From Octopus sinensis (taxonomy: Eukaryota): a DNA stretch of 24,963 nt. Each line of letters opens with the position of its first letter. Position 1 is the first letter of the stretch. Shown here piece by piece: positions 11,429 through 21,260 of the stretch. The notes beneath the pieces were generated by a model that saw nothing but the letters and a program-made list of their open reading frames with translations, was not told where the DNA came from and made no database searches. Location: assembly GCF_006345805.1 (NCBI RefSeq), contig NW_021826123.1, forward strand, positions 1 through 24,963. Direction: 5' to 3'. A program made the position numbers and the translations under genes.

Positions 11429-11554
11429 AAAATTCTTCTATTTACATAATATCAAGGTCTCTTTCATTCTTTTGTTGTCTTGCCATTTTTATCAATATAT
11501 ATATACATACACACACACACACAGATACACACACATATTATATGCATGTGTGTG

Positions 11555-11700
11555 TGTTTGTGGTTGTCACCGCCACCGCTTGATGACCAGTGTTGGCTTG
11601 TTAACGTAGCCCAGATCCCAACGTTTCGGCAATAAAAATTTGATAGAATAAGTTTACCAGACTTTTAAAAAATAAATATTGGAGTCGATTTGTTCAACAG
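11555..11700 (+). mobile_element. Decayed SINE 3' half; the 1.5-kb duplication breakpoint lies inside it
   Basis: 'ccgcttgatgaccagtgttggcttgttaacgt..ttcggcaa..gatagaataagt..ggagtcgattt' resembles the SINE 3' body. The copy-1 version is cut at 10126. Confidence 0.65.
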
Positions 11701-11816
11701 TTTTAAAACGTTACATTGTTTTCGTTATCTACATTCCAGTAATGGAGTTTTGAATGTTTGTTAGAAAACAGCCCCTTCCTCAGACAATGAATTCAAATTA
11801 TTAAAAAAAGAAGAGC

Positions 11817-12268
11817 ACACATACATACACACACACATATACGACGGACCTCCACAGTTTCCTTCCATCAAATTTACTCGGAAAGCATTGGTCGGCCCTG
11901 GGCTATTATAGAAGACACGCTTAAGGTACACCGTTGCGGGACTGAAACCGAAACCGCGTAGTTGCAAAGCGATTTTCTTAAACACACACCCATGCATGCA
12001 TCTATAAAGAAAGCATTGGTCGACCCTGGGCTATTATAGAAGACACGCTTAAGGTACACCGTTGCGGGACTGAAACCGAAACCGCGTAGTTGCAAAGCGA
12101 TTTTCTTAAACACACACCCATGCATGCATCTATAAAGAAAGCATTGGTCGACCCTGGGCTATTATAGAAGACACGCTTAAGGTACACCGTTGCGGGACTG
12201 AAACCGAAACCGCGTTGTTGCAAAGCGATTTTCTTAAACACACACCCATGCATGCATCTATAAAGAAA
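11817..12268 (-). repeat. SINE 5' part whose head is triplicated as a 128-bp tandem repeat (11881-12264)
   Basis: 'gaaagcattggtcg' occurs at 11881, 12009 and 12137, and 'gaaa' recurs at 12265. The reverse complement of the unit is a decayed tRNA-like head plus the start of the CORE-like segment. Confidence 0.9.
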
Positions 12269-12589
12269 TACATTAATATTTATCGGCGTTTTTATTCACC
12301 CAATACTCATCTTCGGTTAATTATTGTACTGCTTATGTACTTGTATGCGTCTATCTAAAATCATGGCTGTTTAATGCACAGTTTAGTATTTTATTCTATT
12401 ACTTGTGATCTACAGCTTTAATACTCTGCTAATTAGAAATTCCAATTTGCTGTCGCTATCGTACTTCGATGGCTTCTAATGTAAATCAGTTGTGCGCGTA
12501 GACTCTGAGAAGTAGGTTTTTGAGGTTTTGAAACTCCAGTATATATCGTTCATTATATTTCTGATCATGGAATAAATATTTAGAAACAC

Positions 12590-12737
12590 ATATCTACATT
12601 TATTCTTTTCTACTCTAGGCACAAGCCTGAAATTTTTTTTGTGGGGCAGCCAGTCCATTAGATCGACCCCAGTACGCAAATGGTACTTAATTTATCGACC
12701 TCCGAAAGGATGAAAGGCAAATTCGACCCCGCGGAAT
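12590..12737 (-). mobile_element. SINE fragment with Nin-like domain
   Basis: The minus strand reads GGTCGAATTTGCCTTTCATCCTTTCGGAGGTCGATAAATTAAGTACC, matching my recollection of the Nin-SINE conserved domain. Confidence 0.75.
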
Positions 12738-12894
12738 ACATACCTACATTTATTATTGTACCTATTTACATTTTACATAATTTCGGTTAAATCATACACA
12801 CACGCACTCACACACACACACACACAACACAAACACACACGCACATACTTATATGTATGTAAATATGTATGTATGTGGAAAGGTGTGCCGTTTA

Positions 12895-13045
12895 GTTGAA
12901 GGATTAAAGACGTCAAAAGACTTCTTACTGTGGTACCTGTTCCTTCTACCACCCAGTACAACCGTGCATTATGCAAGAAATGTGGAAATTTGGGGCAGGA
13001 CTCAAGAGTCATATAAGGGCCTCACATTGCATTATCAATGATTCT
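12895..13045 (+). mobile_element. Probable decayed LINE C-terminus with a C2H2-like finger
   Basis: With one frame change it reads ..VPSTTQYNRALCKKCG / AGLKSHIRASH, resembling the CxxC..GLxSHxRxH end of some RTE LINEs. Confidence 0.4.
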
Positions 13046-13087
13046 TTCTAGCACTAGCTTTGCTCATATCCGAGAAAGCAACCACAA

Positions 13088-13385
13088 TGTATGTATGTAT
13101 GTATGTGTATGTATGTATGTATGAATGTATGTATGTATGTACGTTTGAATGTATGTTTGTATGTATGTATGTATGTATGTATGTATGTTTGTATGTATGT
13201 ATGTATGTACGTTTGTATGTATGTTTGTACTGTATGTGGTATGTATGTATGTATGTATGCTATGTATGTATGTTTGTATGTATGTATGTATGTATGTATG
13301 TTTGTAGTATGTTGTATGTATGTAGGATGTATGTATGTATGTATGTATGTTTGTAAGTATGTTTGTATGTATGTATGTATGTATT
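13088..13385. repeat. (TATG)n microsatellite
   Basis: Directly visible. It is the source of the MYVC ORFs. Confidence 0.95.
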
Positions 13386-13406
13386 TGTTATCGTTTAACT
13401 TCTGCT

Positions 13407-13749
13407 TCTTTCAGCCACTTGGATTGCGGCAATGCTAGGCGCCCCCTTGAAGGGTTAAGTAGAACAATCGACATCAGTACATATTTTTCTAAGCCTGGAA
13501 TTTATACTATCCGTCGCTTTACCGAACTGCTAGTTACGGGGACGTAAACAAACCTACAAACGCTGGTCGGGGACAAACACATATCCGAACACACACAAAC
13601 ATACACACACGCACACAGATATATACATACGTAAAAGATGGGCTTAATTCAGTTTCCGTTTACCAAATCCACTCACAAGGCTTTGGCCGGCTCGAAGCTA
13701 TAAAAAACATTTGCAGAAGCTGCTGCGCTATGGGACTGAACCCGGTACC
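13407..13749 (-). mobile_element. Older, decayed major-family SINE
   Basis: Collinear but diverged match from the tail ('ttcagccacttggattgcggcaatgct') to the head ('gggactgaacccgg'). Confidence 0.8.
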
Positions 13750-14036
13750 TTATTATTTGTAAGCCTAGTACTTATTCTATCGGTCTCTTTTGCCGAACCG
13801 CTAAGTTACGGGGACATAAACACACCAGAATCGGTTGTCAAGCGATGTTGGGGGAGGGGGGGCAAACACAACATACAAACATACACATATATACATATAC
13901 ATATATACGACGGGCTTCTTTCAGTTTCCGTCTACCAAATCCACTCACAAAGCTTTGGTCGGCCCGAAACTAGAGCAGAAGACAACTGCCCAAGGTGCCA
14001 CGCATTGGGACTGAACCCGGAACCATATGGTTTGGA
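13750..14036 (-). mobile_element. Major-family SINE lacking its 3' tail
   Basis: High similarity to 23576-23890 in the opposite orientation. Confidence 0.9.
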
Positions 14037-14444
14037 ACACACATAAATACTTAAAGATCGGAAGGAAAGAAAGTGATAAAAAACCTAGTAGAAAAAATAT
14101 AAAAGATATAAAAAAATACAAAATATAAATATAAAAAAAAAAAAACGAATTTTAAAATTCCATGAAAACAAGTACGACAAAAGAAAAAATCAAAAAAAAC
14201 AATCATAAAACACACATCTAAATACAACTACTTATAAAAGAAAGCAATTTCTTGACAATGGCATCCATTTTGTATTTTGTGCTGCGTCTGTTCCTATAAT
14301 GTTTCTGTGTTATTGTTGTTGTTATTGTTGTCGAGGTTTTCTTCTTTTGTTAGGCATGTGGTGAAACATCATTATCTCCACTCCAAAAGATAAAACTGTT
14401 GCAGGTTTTCAGTCTGAGATGGTATTTAGTCGTAAATCCCAAAG

Positions 14445-14445
14445 C

Positions 14446-14482
<37 letters not shown>

Positions 14483-15060
14483 ATACATATATATATATAT
14501 TATATATATATATATATATACATGCACACATGTATATATGTTTATGCGTGTGTTGTGTGAGTGGGGGGTATTTTTTTTTCCATTATATAGAAAATGTGAT
14601 ATTATCTTGTTTGTAGTCTCTAATTTTTGTCTTTGTCGCTTTGGTTTTGCGCCATGAATGAATTCTATTTCTTTATTTTCTGGTTATGTGCGAAATATAT
14701 GGTCACTTAATGTGTTTGTTGACCGCAGTTTTCTATTCAACCAATGTTATCGCGCTAACGCAACCATTGAAAACACACAGACCATTCATACACACATACA
14801 TGCACATATACTCGCTTCTAAAGACAAATTCTTTTATACACCTGTATATTTATATACATACACAAATACACACACACACATACACACACACAAACGCACA
14901 CACACTCACACACACATATATCTATCTATCTATATATATATACGTACACACACATATATACATGTATATACATGTGTATGTATACATATATATATATGCA
15001 TGTACACACACATATAGATAGATATAGATATATATGCATATATATATGTGTATAGGTATA
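14445..15060. repeat. (TA)n/(CA)n microsatellite clusters around a short unique block
   Basis: Directly visible. Confidence 0.85.
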
Positions 15061-15329
15061 TGGATGCAACCTGGTATATATGCGCAAAAGCATTCTCATT
15101 CATATGTATATATTCTGATATCCAAAAAGTTAGACAGCAAAGACTGGGACTCAATTATATCTGACAGTTTTGGTTTCGTTCTGGAATATACAATCTGAAC
15201 AGGATTTCTAATAGGTTTATATATTCGACTATATCCGTCGTTTATTGAGAACAGAAAAAAAACTACTCAATAGTTCGAACTATAAATGTCTTTCTCCGAC
15301 AGAAGTCGAATGACGTTGTATAAGTGTTT

Positions 15330-15540
15330 AAGTACCACTTTTAAACGAAGAATCGAAGTAGAGAACAACTCTAAGATAAAATGGATTATTGTAGCAAAGG
15401 CCAAGGCGTGTGTCTTGAAAGTCGTTGTTATCTATTAGCATCTGAAAACTTTAAGACTTTGATTCTAATAACCTGTCTCTTGGAAACGAGAAGTGAAACC
15501 TTCTCATGTCTACATTCAAAGAAATTTAAGCTCGCTTTCT
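15330..15540 (+). mobile_element. Decayed Penelope-like GIY-YIG endonuclease C-terminal remnant
   Basis: Joined frames TTFKRR..KIKWIIVAKAKA / ESRCYLLASENF..LLETRSETFSCLHSKKFKL resemble the PLE ending WxI..RCxLCxxEK..LLNxRSE..CRHxxKFxL. Confidence 0.55.
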
Positions 15541-15786
15541 TCGAGTATATTCTTCCACTGAAGCAAAGCCTAATGCAAACTATCAAGGCCTACAACCAAC
15601 AGCCGATAAATGGAGATACATAATAATCGATACGAAGAATTTTCTCGAAATATAAACCAGTAAGCTAAGTAACGGCACACTTCATGCTCCAAGAAAATTA
15701 TGTATGAGTAACATGAGATTCAGGTAAAACCAGAAAACTTACGTTCAAAAACATTTCAATGAAGACATGCAAAAACTAATTCTATC

Positions 15787-15990
15787 CTTTACTCTTTTAA
15801 GTCATTGGACTGCGGCTGCGCTGGGTTACCGCCTTGAAAGTCTATTCTAACAAATCGACCCTAGTATTAATGTTTAAAATCTCGTACATATATTAAACGT
15901 TTCTAATGCTACACTAAGTTACGGCGACTTAAACAAGCAAACATCGGTTGTCAAGCAATAGCGGGACGACAAACACCGATACAAAGACAC
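15787..15990 (-). mobile_element. Decayed SINE 3' half
   Basis: 'ctcttttaagtcattggactgcggctgcgctgg..caaatcgacc..catcggttgtcaagc' matches the reverse complement of the SINE 3' body. Confidence 0.75.
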
Positions 15991-16056
15991 ACACACGCAC
16001 ACAGGAATATAGTATGCATGTATATATACACACACACACAAACACACATATATATA

Positions 16057-16217
16057 TGGCTGTGTGGTAAGTAGCTTGCTAACCAACCACATGGTTCTGG
16101 GTTCAGTCCCACTGCGTGGCACCTTGGGCAAGTGTCTTCTGCTATAGCCCCGGGCCGACCAAAGCCTTGTGAGTGGATTTGGTAGACGGAAACTGAAAGA
16201 AGCCTGTCGTATATATG

Positions 16218-16257
<40 letters not shown>

Positions 16258-16479
16258 GGTGTGTGTATAGTGTGTGTGTCTGTGTTTGTCCTCCTAGCAT
16301 TGTTGACAACCGATGTTGGTGTGGTTACGTCCACGTCACTTAGCAGTTCGGCAAAAGAGACCGATAGAATAAGTACTGGGCTTACAAAGAATAAGTCCCG
16401 GGATCGATTTGCTCGACTAAAGGCGGTGCTCCAGCATGGCCGCAGTCAAATGACTGAAACAAGTAAAAAAAAAAAAAAA
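16057..16479 (+). mobile_element. Near full-length major-family SINE
   Basis: Head TGGCTGTGTGGTAAG..GGGTTCAGTCCC, CORE-like CCTTGGGCAAGTG, internal microsatellite, 3' body and A-run. Confidence 0.93.
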
Positions 16480-16735
16480 TATATATATATATTATATATA
16501 TATATGTATGTATGTGTGTGTATATGTGTGTGTGTCTGTGTGTTGTCCTCCTAGCATTGCTTGACAACCGATGTTGGTGTGTTTACGTCCACGTCACTTA
16601 GCAGTTCGGCAAAAGAGACCGATAGAATAAGTACTGGGCTTACAAAGAATAAGTCCCGGGATCGATTTGCTCGACTAAAGGCGGTGCTCCAGCATGGCCG
16701 CAGTCAAATGACTGAAACAAGTAAAAAAAAAAAAT
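16480..16735 (+). repeat. Tandem duplicate (~257-bp period) of the preceding SINE's 3' half
   Basis: 'gtcctcctagc' occurs at 16288 and 16545. Both copies share the variants 'gtccacgtcacttagcag' and 'gggatcgattt'. Confidence 0.9.
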
Positions 16736-16769
16736 ATATATATATATATAGACACACACATTCACGCTG

Positions 16770-16934
16770 GTTTTTACAGAGTTTCCATTCACTAAATGCA
16801 CTCAGAAGGCGTTGGTCAACTCGGGTCTTCACAAGAAGACACTTACCTAAGCTGCAGCAGAGTGAGTAGTACTGAACACGAAACTACGCTTTTGCAAAAC
16901 CAGCTTCTTAGTCATACAGCCATTCTTGTGCATA
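16770..16934 (-). mobile_element. Old SINE 5' part whose 5' terminus overlaps the first minisatellite unit
   Basis: 'cagagtttcc..aaatgcactcagaaggcgttggtc..gaagacacttacc..actgaacacg..catacagccattcttgtgca' is collinear with the reverse complement of the SINE head. Confidence 0.75.
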
Positions 16935-18171
16935 TAATTTAGCCATTCTTGTGCATATAATTTAGCCATTCTTGTGCATATAATTTAGCCATTCTTGTGC
17001 ATATAATTTAGCCATTCTTGTGCATATAATTTAGCCATTCTTGTGCATATAATTTAGCCATTCTTGTGCATATAATTTAGCCATTCTTGTGCATATAATT
17101 TAGCCATTCTTGTGCATATAATTTAGCCATTCTTGTGCATATAATTTAGCCATTCTTGTGCATATAATTTAGCCATTCTTGTGCATATAATTTAGCCATT
17201 CTTGTGCATATAATTTAGCCATTCTTGTGCATATATTTAGCCATTCTTGTGCATATAATTTAGGCCATCTTGTGCATATAATTTAGCCATTCTTGTGCAT
17301 ATAATTTAGCCATTCTTGTGCATATATTTAGCCATTCTTGTGCATATAATTTAGCCATTCTGTGCATATAATTTAGCCATTCTTGTGCATATAATTTAGC
17401 CATTCTTGTGCATATAATTTAGCCATTCGTGTGCATATAATTAGCCATTCTTGTGCATAATTTAGCCATTCTTGTGCATATAATTTAGCCATTCTTGTGC
17501 ATATAATTTAGCCATTCTTGTGCATAAATTAGCCATTCTTGTGCATATAATTTAGCCATCTTGTGATATAATTTAGCCATTCTTGTGCATATAATTTAGC
17601 CATTCTTGTGCATATAATTAGCCATTCTTGTGCATATAATTTAGCCATTCTTGTGCATAGAATTTAGCCATTCTTGTGCATATAATTTAGCCATTCTTGT
17701 GCATATAATTTAGCCATTCTTGTGCATAGAATTAGCCATTCTGTGCATATAATTTAGCCATTTTGTGCATATAATTTAGCCATTCTTGTGCATATAATTT
17801 AGCCATTCTTGTGCATATAATTTAGCCATTCTTGTGCATATAATTTAGCCATTCTTGTGCATTATTAATAGCCATTCTTGTGCATAATTAGCCATTCTTG
17901 TGCATATAATTTAGCCATTCTTGTGCATATAATTTAGCCATTCTTGTGCATATAATTTAGCCATTCTTGTGCATATAATTTAGCCATTCTTGTGCATATA
18001 ATTTAGCCATTCTTGTGCATATAATTTAGCCATTCTTGTGCATATAATTTACCATTCTTGTGCATATAATTTAGCCATTTTGTGCATATAATTTAGCCAT
18101 TCTTGTGCATATAATTTAGCCATTCTTGTGCATATAATTTAGCCATTCTTGTGCATATAATTTAGCCATTC
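16918..18171. repeat. Minisatellite with 23-bp unit AGCCATTCTTGTGCATATAATTT, about 55 copies
   Basis: Directly visible over 1254 bp. Variants are mostly 1-2-bp deletions plus a few substitutions. Confidence 0.98.
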
Positions 18172-18459
18172 ATTTTCTAAATATAACTTGCTAAGTAATT
18201 ATGATAATTCCGGTAAAGTTTGCACAACTTCGATATCATGTCAGCGAAGTTGTTCCACCGAAAGACTAAAGTTTCTTTTCATTTGATAGTTATTACCTAT
18301 ATGGGTGATTCATATTACCTGTGTCAGCCAATGAATTCGTTAGGCCTCAAAAACTTCTTGGATAAAATAAATAATCGCATCACAAACGTACACGATACGA
18401 TACTGCTCTCTGAAAAATAGTGTACATGCGAAACTTAAGTAATGTTATGCGGTTCAACG

Positions 18460-18460
<1 letters not shown>

Positions 18461-18502
<42 letters not shown>

Positions 18503-18873
18503 GTGTGTGGGTGTGTGTGTGTGGTGTGTGTGTGTGTGTGTATTTATGTATGTATGTATATGTATTATATATAATATATATATATATATATATAGGGAGA
18601 ATTAACAAAAAACAAACAAACGAAAGACAAAGACAGGTGGTGTAGACAACAAGCGGATGTATTAGTTTAACGTTTGGGAATGAAAAGGTCTTACGTTTCG
18701 AGCCTACGCTCTTCCACAAAAAGGAACACAGAAAGAAACAAGGAGAGAAAAAATGTGTGTAGTGGCTAGCGATCATCATGGTGAAGTATGTATACTACAC
18801 CCACACATATATATATATATATATATGTATTCTATATATATATATATATAATATATATACTATATTATATGTG

Positions 18874-18904
<31 letters not shown>

Positions 18905-18960
18905 TTGTGTGTGTGTGGTGTATGTGTGTGGTGGTGTTTGTGTGTGTGTGGTGTGTAAGT
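18461..18960. repeat. (TA)n/(TG)n microsatellite clusters around a repeat fragment
   Basis: Directly visible. Confidence 0.85.
18600..18778 (-). mobile_element. Repeat fragment, probably a Penelope-like terminal repeat, with a hammerhead-like motif
   Basis: Similar to 1-117. The minus strand reads TTGTGGA-A-GAGC-GTAG-GCTC-GAAA-CGTA. Confidence 0.45.
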
Positions 18961-19291
18961 ATACATACAATCTCTAACTGAAAGGAATGGAAGAAGTAGC
19001 GAAGCACCACAGTGGTTTTAAAAGGAGCGGCACTGGGCGCATATTATGTAACATTACGAATGTTACATGACTCTCCGTTGTCCTTTCTCAGCGGGTGCGT
19101 CCGCTGTTCTTTTGGAAGCTATTTGCCATAAGGTATTATGCAAAAAAAAACAATACGGACTAAGTAAAAGATGCACATTTCAAGAATCAAACAGGACAGT
19201 GGAAAGTAGGATTGGTAAGGAGCCAGTCACGAGTCCTACATGCAGAATGTCTAGGTGAAATAGAATATAGTGTGGTTTCAAGATCTTTTCA

Positions 19292-19661
19292 TCTCTCTAT
19301 ATATAAACGGCAGTTTGTCTGTGTGTGTTTCTGTGTGTCTGTTAGCTTGTACCCTCACCCTGACCACGGCTTTCAACCGATTCTGATGAAACTTGTCACA
19401 CACGTAGCCCAATGTCATAATTCAAAACTAACGCAGCGAAAATTTTGAAAAGTTCCCCCAGTTCTGAAAAAATCGATAAATTCGACATGGGGTCGAGAAT
19501 CAAAACAAACAAACCACAGACTGTCTAGGGGACATAACTCGAACCTTTTTAACTAAAAAAAATTTTACAATAATTTTTTCCATTTTTTGGCTATAACTCT
19601 CTAAAAATGCTTTATAGTTATTTCCCTTACAAACTCGAGCAACGCCGGATGATACTGCTAG
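19292..19661 (+). mobile_element. Non-autonomous Helitron, 370 bp
   Basis: Starts TC(TCTCTATATATAAA) after an A at 19291 and ends CTAG (19658-19661) before a T. A decayed GC-rich subterminal hairpin 'ctcgagcaacgccgg' lies at ~19634-19648. Confidence 0.8.
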
Positions 19662-20002
19662 TTGTCTATAGAATCAAATTCATGGTATGGCCACAGAAAA
19701 TTCTAATTTCATTAATAGTTCCCATATATGGTTCTGCTTTTCGTCAGGCATCATATAGGGGGAAGCCAGACTACAAGAACGGAACGGTTATTACTAACAA
19801 AAGATAATGTTAGCAATAAACCTAATAGAGTGAAATAGGGAAGACAGACAAAAAGGAAAAAAAAGAAGATGAAAAAATCATTAAATTAAATGACGCTTGG
19901 AAGTTTTGTATTGACTTATTTGTGTTTTTCTATATTAGCTTTGTTTATGCAAGATACTAAACAACTTTTTGTAACGCGATCGATCGATTGATCCTACATT
20001 AT

Positions 20003-20010
20003 TATGTATA

Positions 20011-20049
<39 letters not shown>

Positions 20050-20185
20050 GCATGTGTGCATGTATGTTTTTATGTACGTGTATATGCATATACATACAGT
20101 ACATACATACATATATTATATATATATATAATATATATATATATAAAATTATGTCACACACACACGACAACACACACAACACAAA

Positions 20186-20238
<53 letters not shown>

Positions 20239-20422
20239 CATACATATATATACGTAGGCATTACCACACATGATACATACATGTTAATGTTTGTTCTGAT
20301 CTCAATGTACGTAATATATATATATATATTATATATATATATATTATATATGCCGGTTCCCCAGCATGGCCACAGCTCGTGAGCTGAAACTAGATGAAAT
20401 AAATAAATAAATAAGTAAACAA

Positions 20423-20470
<48 letters not shown>
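20003..20470. repeat. (TA)n/(CA)n microsatellite cluster containing a SINE-tail fragment at ~20352-20400
   Basis: Repeats directly visible. 'gccggttccccagcatggccacagc..ctgaaac' matches a SINE tail. Confidence 0.8.
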
Positions 20471-20473
<3 letters not shown>

Positions 20474-20889
20474 AACTTATTAAACAAAAGGATTATTGAA
20501 TACTTTGTAGTAGAATACATGTTTATTAAGTTTAAGGTTTTAATAGGTAAAGGCTGACAATTAGACTGTCCGACAAACGCACACACACAGACAGACACAT
20601 ATACGGATATGAATGTACGTATTTGTATTATCATTTGGCTAGGAATAAAACTTAGTGGTCATGACACTATACAGGGCCAAGCACTAGCGAGTGGTTGATA
20701 GATATCCTAAAACTGAAGACTGGCAATGTTTGCGCTAACTGCTGTTGATCATAGCAGAATTTGAACAGAAAATTCAGTGAAGCGGAATAAATACTAGAAT
20801 GTATCGGGTCTCACGTTCTTCTAATTCTGCCATTCTTCTGCCCTAGATTGGTAATTTTCATATTGAACATGAAAGAAGAAAAAGAATGT

Positions 20890-20980
20890 TGATCTTGGTG
20901 GAGTTTGAACTCAGAGCGCACTGAATGGGAACGAACACGCAATGCATTTCATCAGGTATTAAACCATCAGCTAAGACACC
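20890..20980 (-). mobile_element. Decayed tRNA-like SINE head, probably the Nin-type family
   Basis: The minus strand has a B-box-like 'ctctgagttcaaactcc', preceded by 'gaaatgcattgcg'. Confidence 0.55.
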
Positions 20981-21041
20981 TTGCATTTCTCCATGAATTT
21001 GTCTGAATTTGACGCCACCATTTCGATTTCGCATATATATA

Positions 21042-21207
21042 TATTGCCCAAATGACCTGAGCATTAGTTTCAAGGTTCATCCAAGGCTTGGGACCACGGG
21101 CCAAACGTCCCCTGCCCAATTCAAGATCACAATATATAGGTACACTGCGACATAATTTCTTTTCCTCAACAGGCCCTGCCCTGTTTAACATTGTCCCAAA
21201 ACTGATT
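21042..21207 (+). mobile_element. CR1/L2-group LINE ORF2 C-terminal remnant
   Basis: With one frameshift it reads YCPNDLSISFKVHPRL/GPRAKRPLPNSRSQYIGTLRHNFFSSTGPALFNIVPKLI, resembling the PND..PRLG..TLRxNSF..GPxLFNxLP ending of such LINEs. Confidence 0.65.
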
Positions 21208-21260
21208 GGTCGAAACATATCTAAGTTTTATACATATATATAAACAATTATATTATTAAT

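Larger units (their letters stand above)
8609..11626. repeat. ~1.5-kb tandem duplication (8609-10126 and 10127-11626)
   Basis: 'cttttcagtcatagtgtatc' occurs at 8611 and 10129, and the unit end 'cccaacgttt' at 10126 and 11626. The copies are collinear and differ mainly by 1-bp indels and microsatellite length. Confidence 0.92.

Noticed and set aside
14357-14435. Possible exon after CTTCTTTTGTTAG (ACGETSLSPLQKIKLLQ..)
   Set aside because: The donor site is ambiguous and the peptide is unrecognised, so support is insufficient.
16918-18171. CRISPR-like array
   Set aside because: The repeats are directly adjacent with no unique spacers, there are no cas genes, and the context is eukaryotic.
18224-18253. 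9-bp inverted repeat ACAACTTCG..CGAAGTTGT
   Set aside because: Expected by chance at this window length.
19383-19400. CTGATGAAAC as a hammerhead core
   Set aside because: No stem II; it lies inside the Helitron.
20780-20850. Minus-strand peptide MAELEERETRYIL
   Set aside because: Weak splice signals, very short, no recognisable homology.
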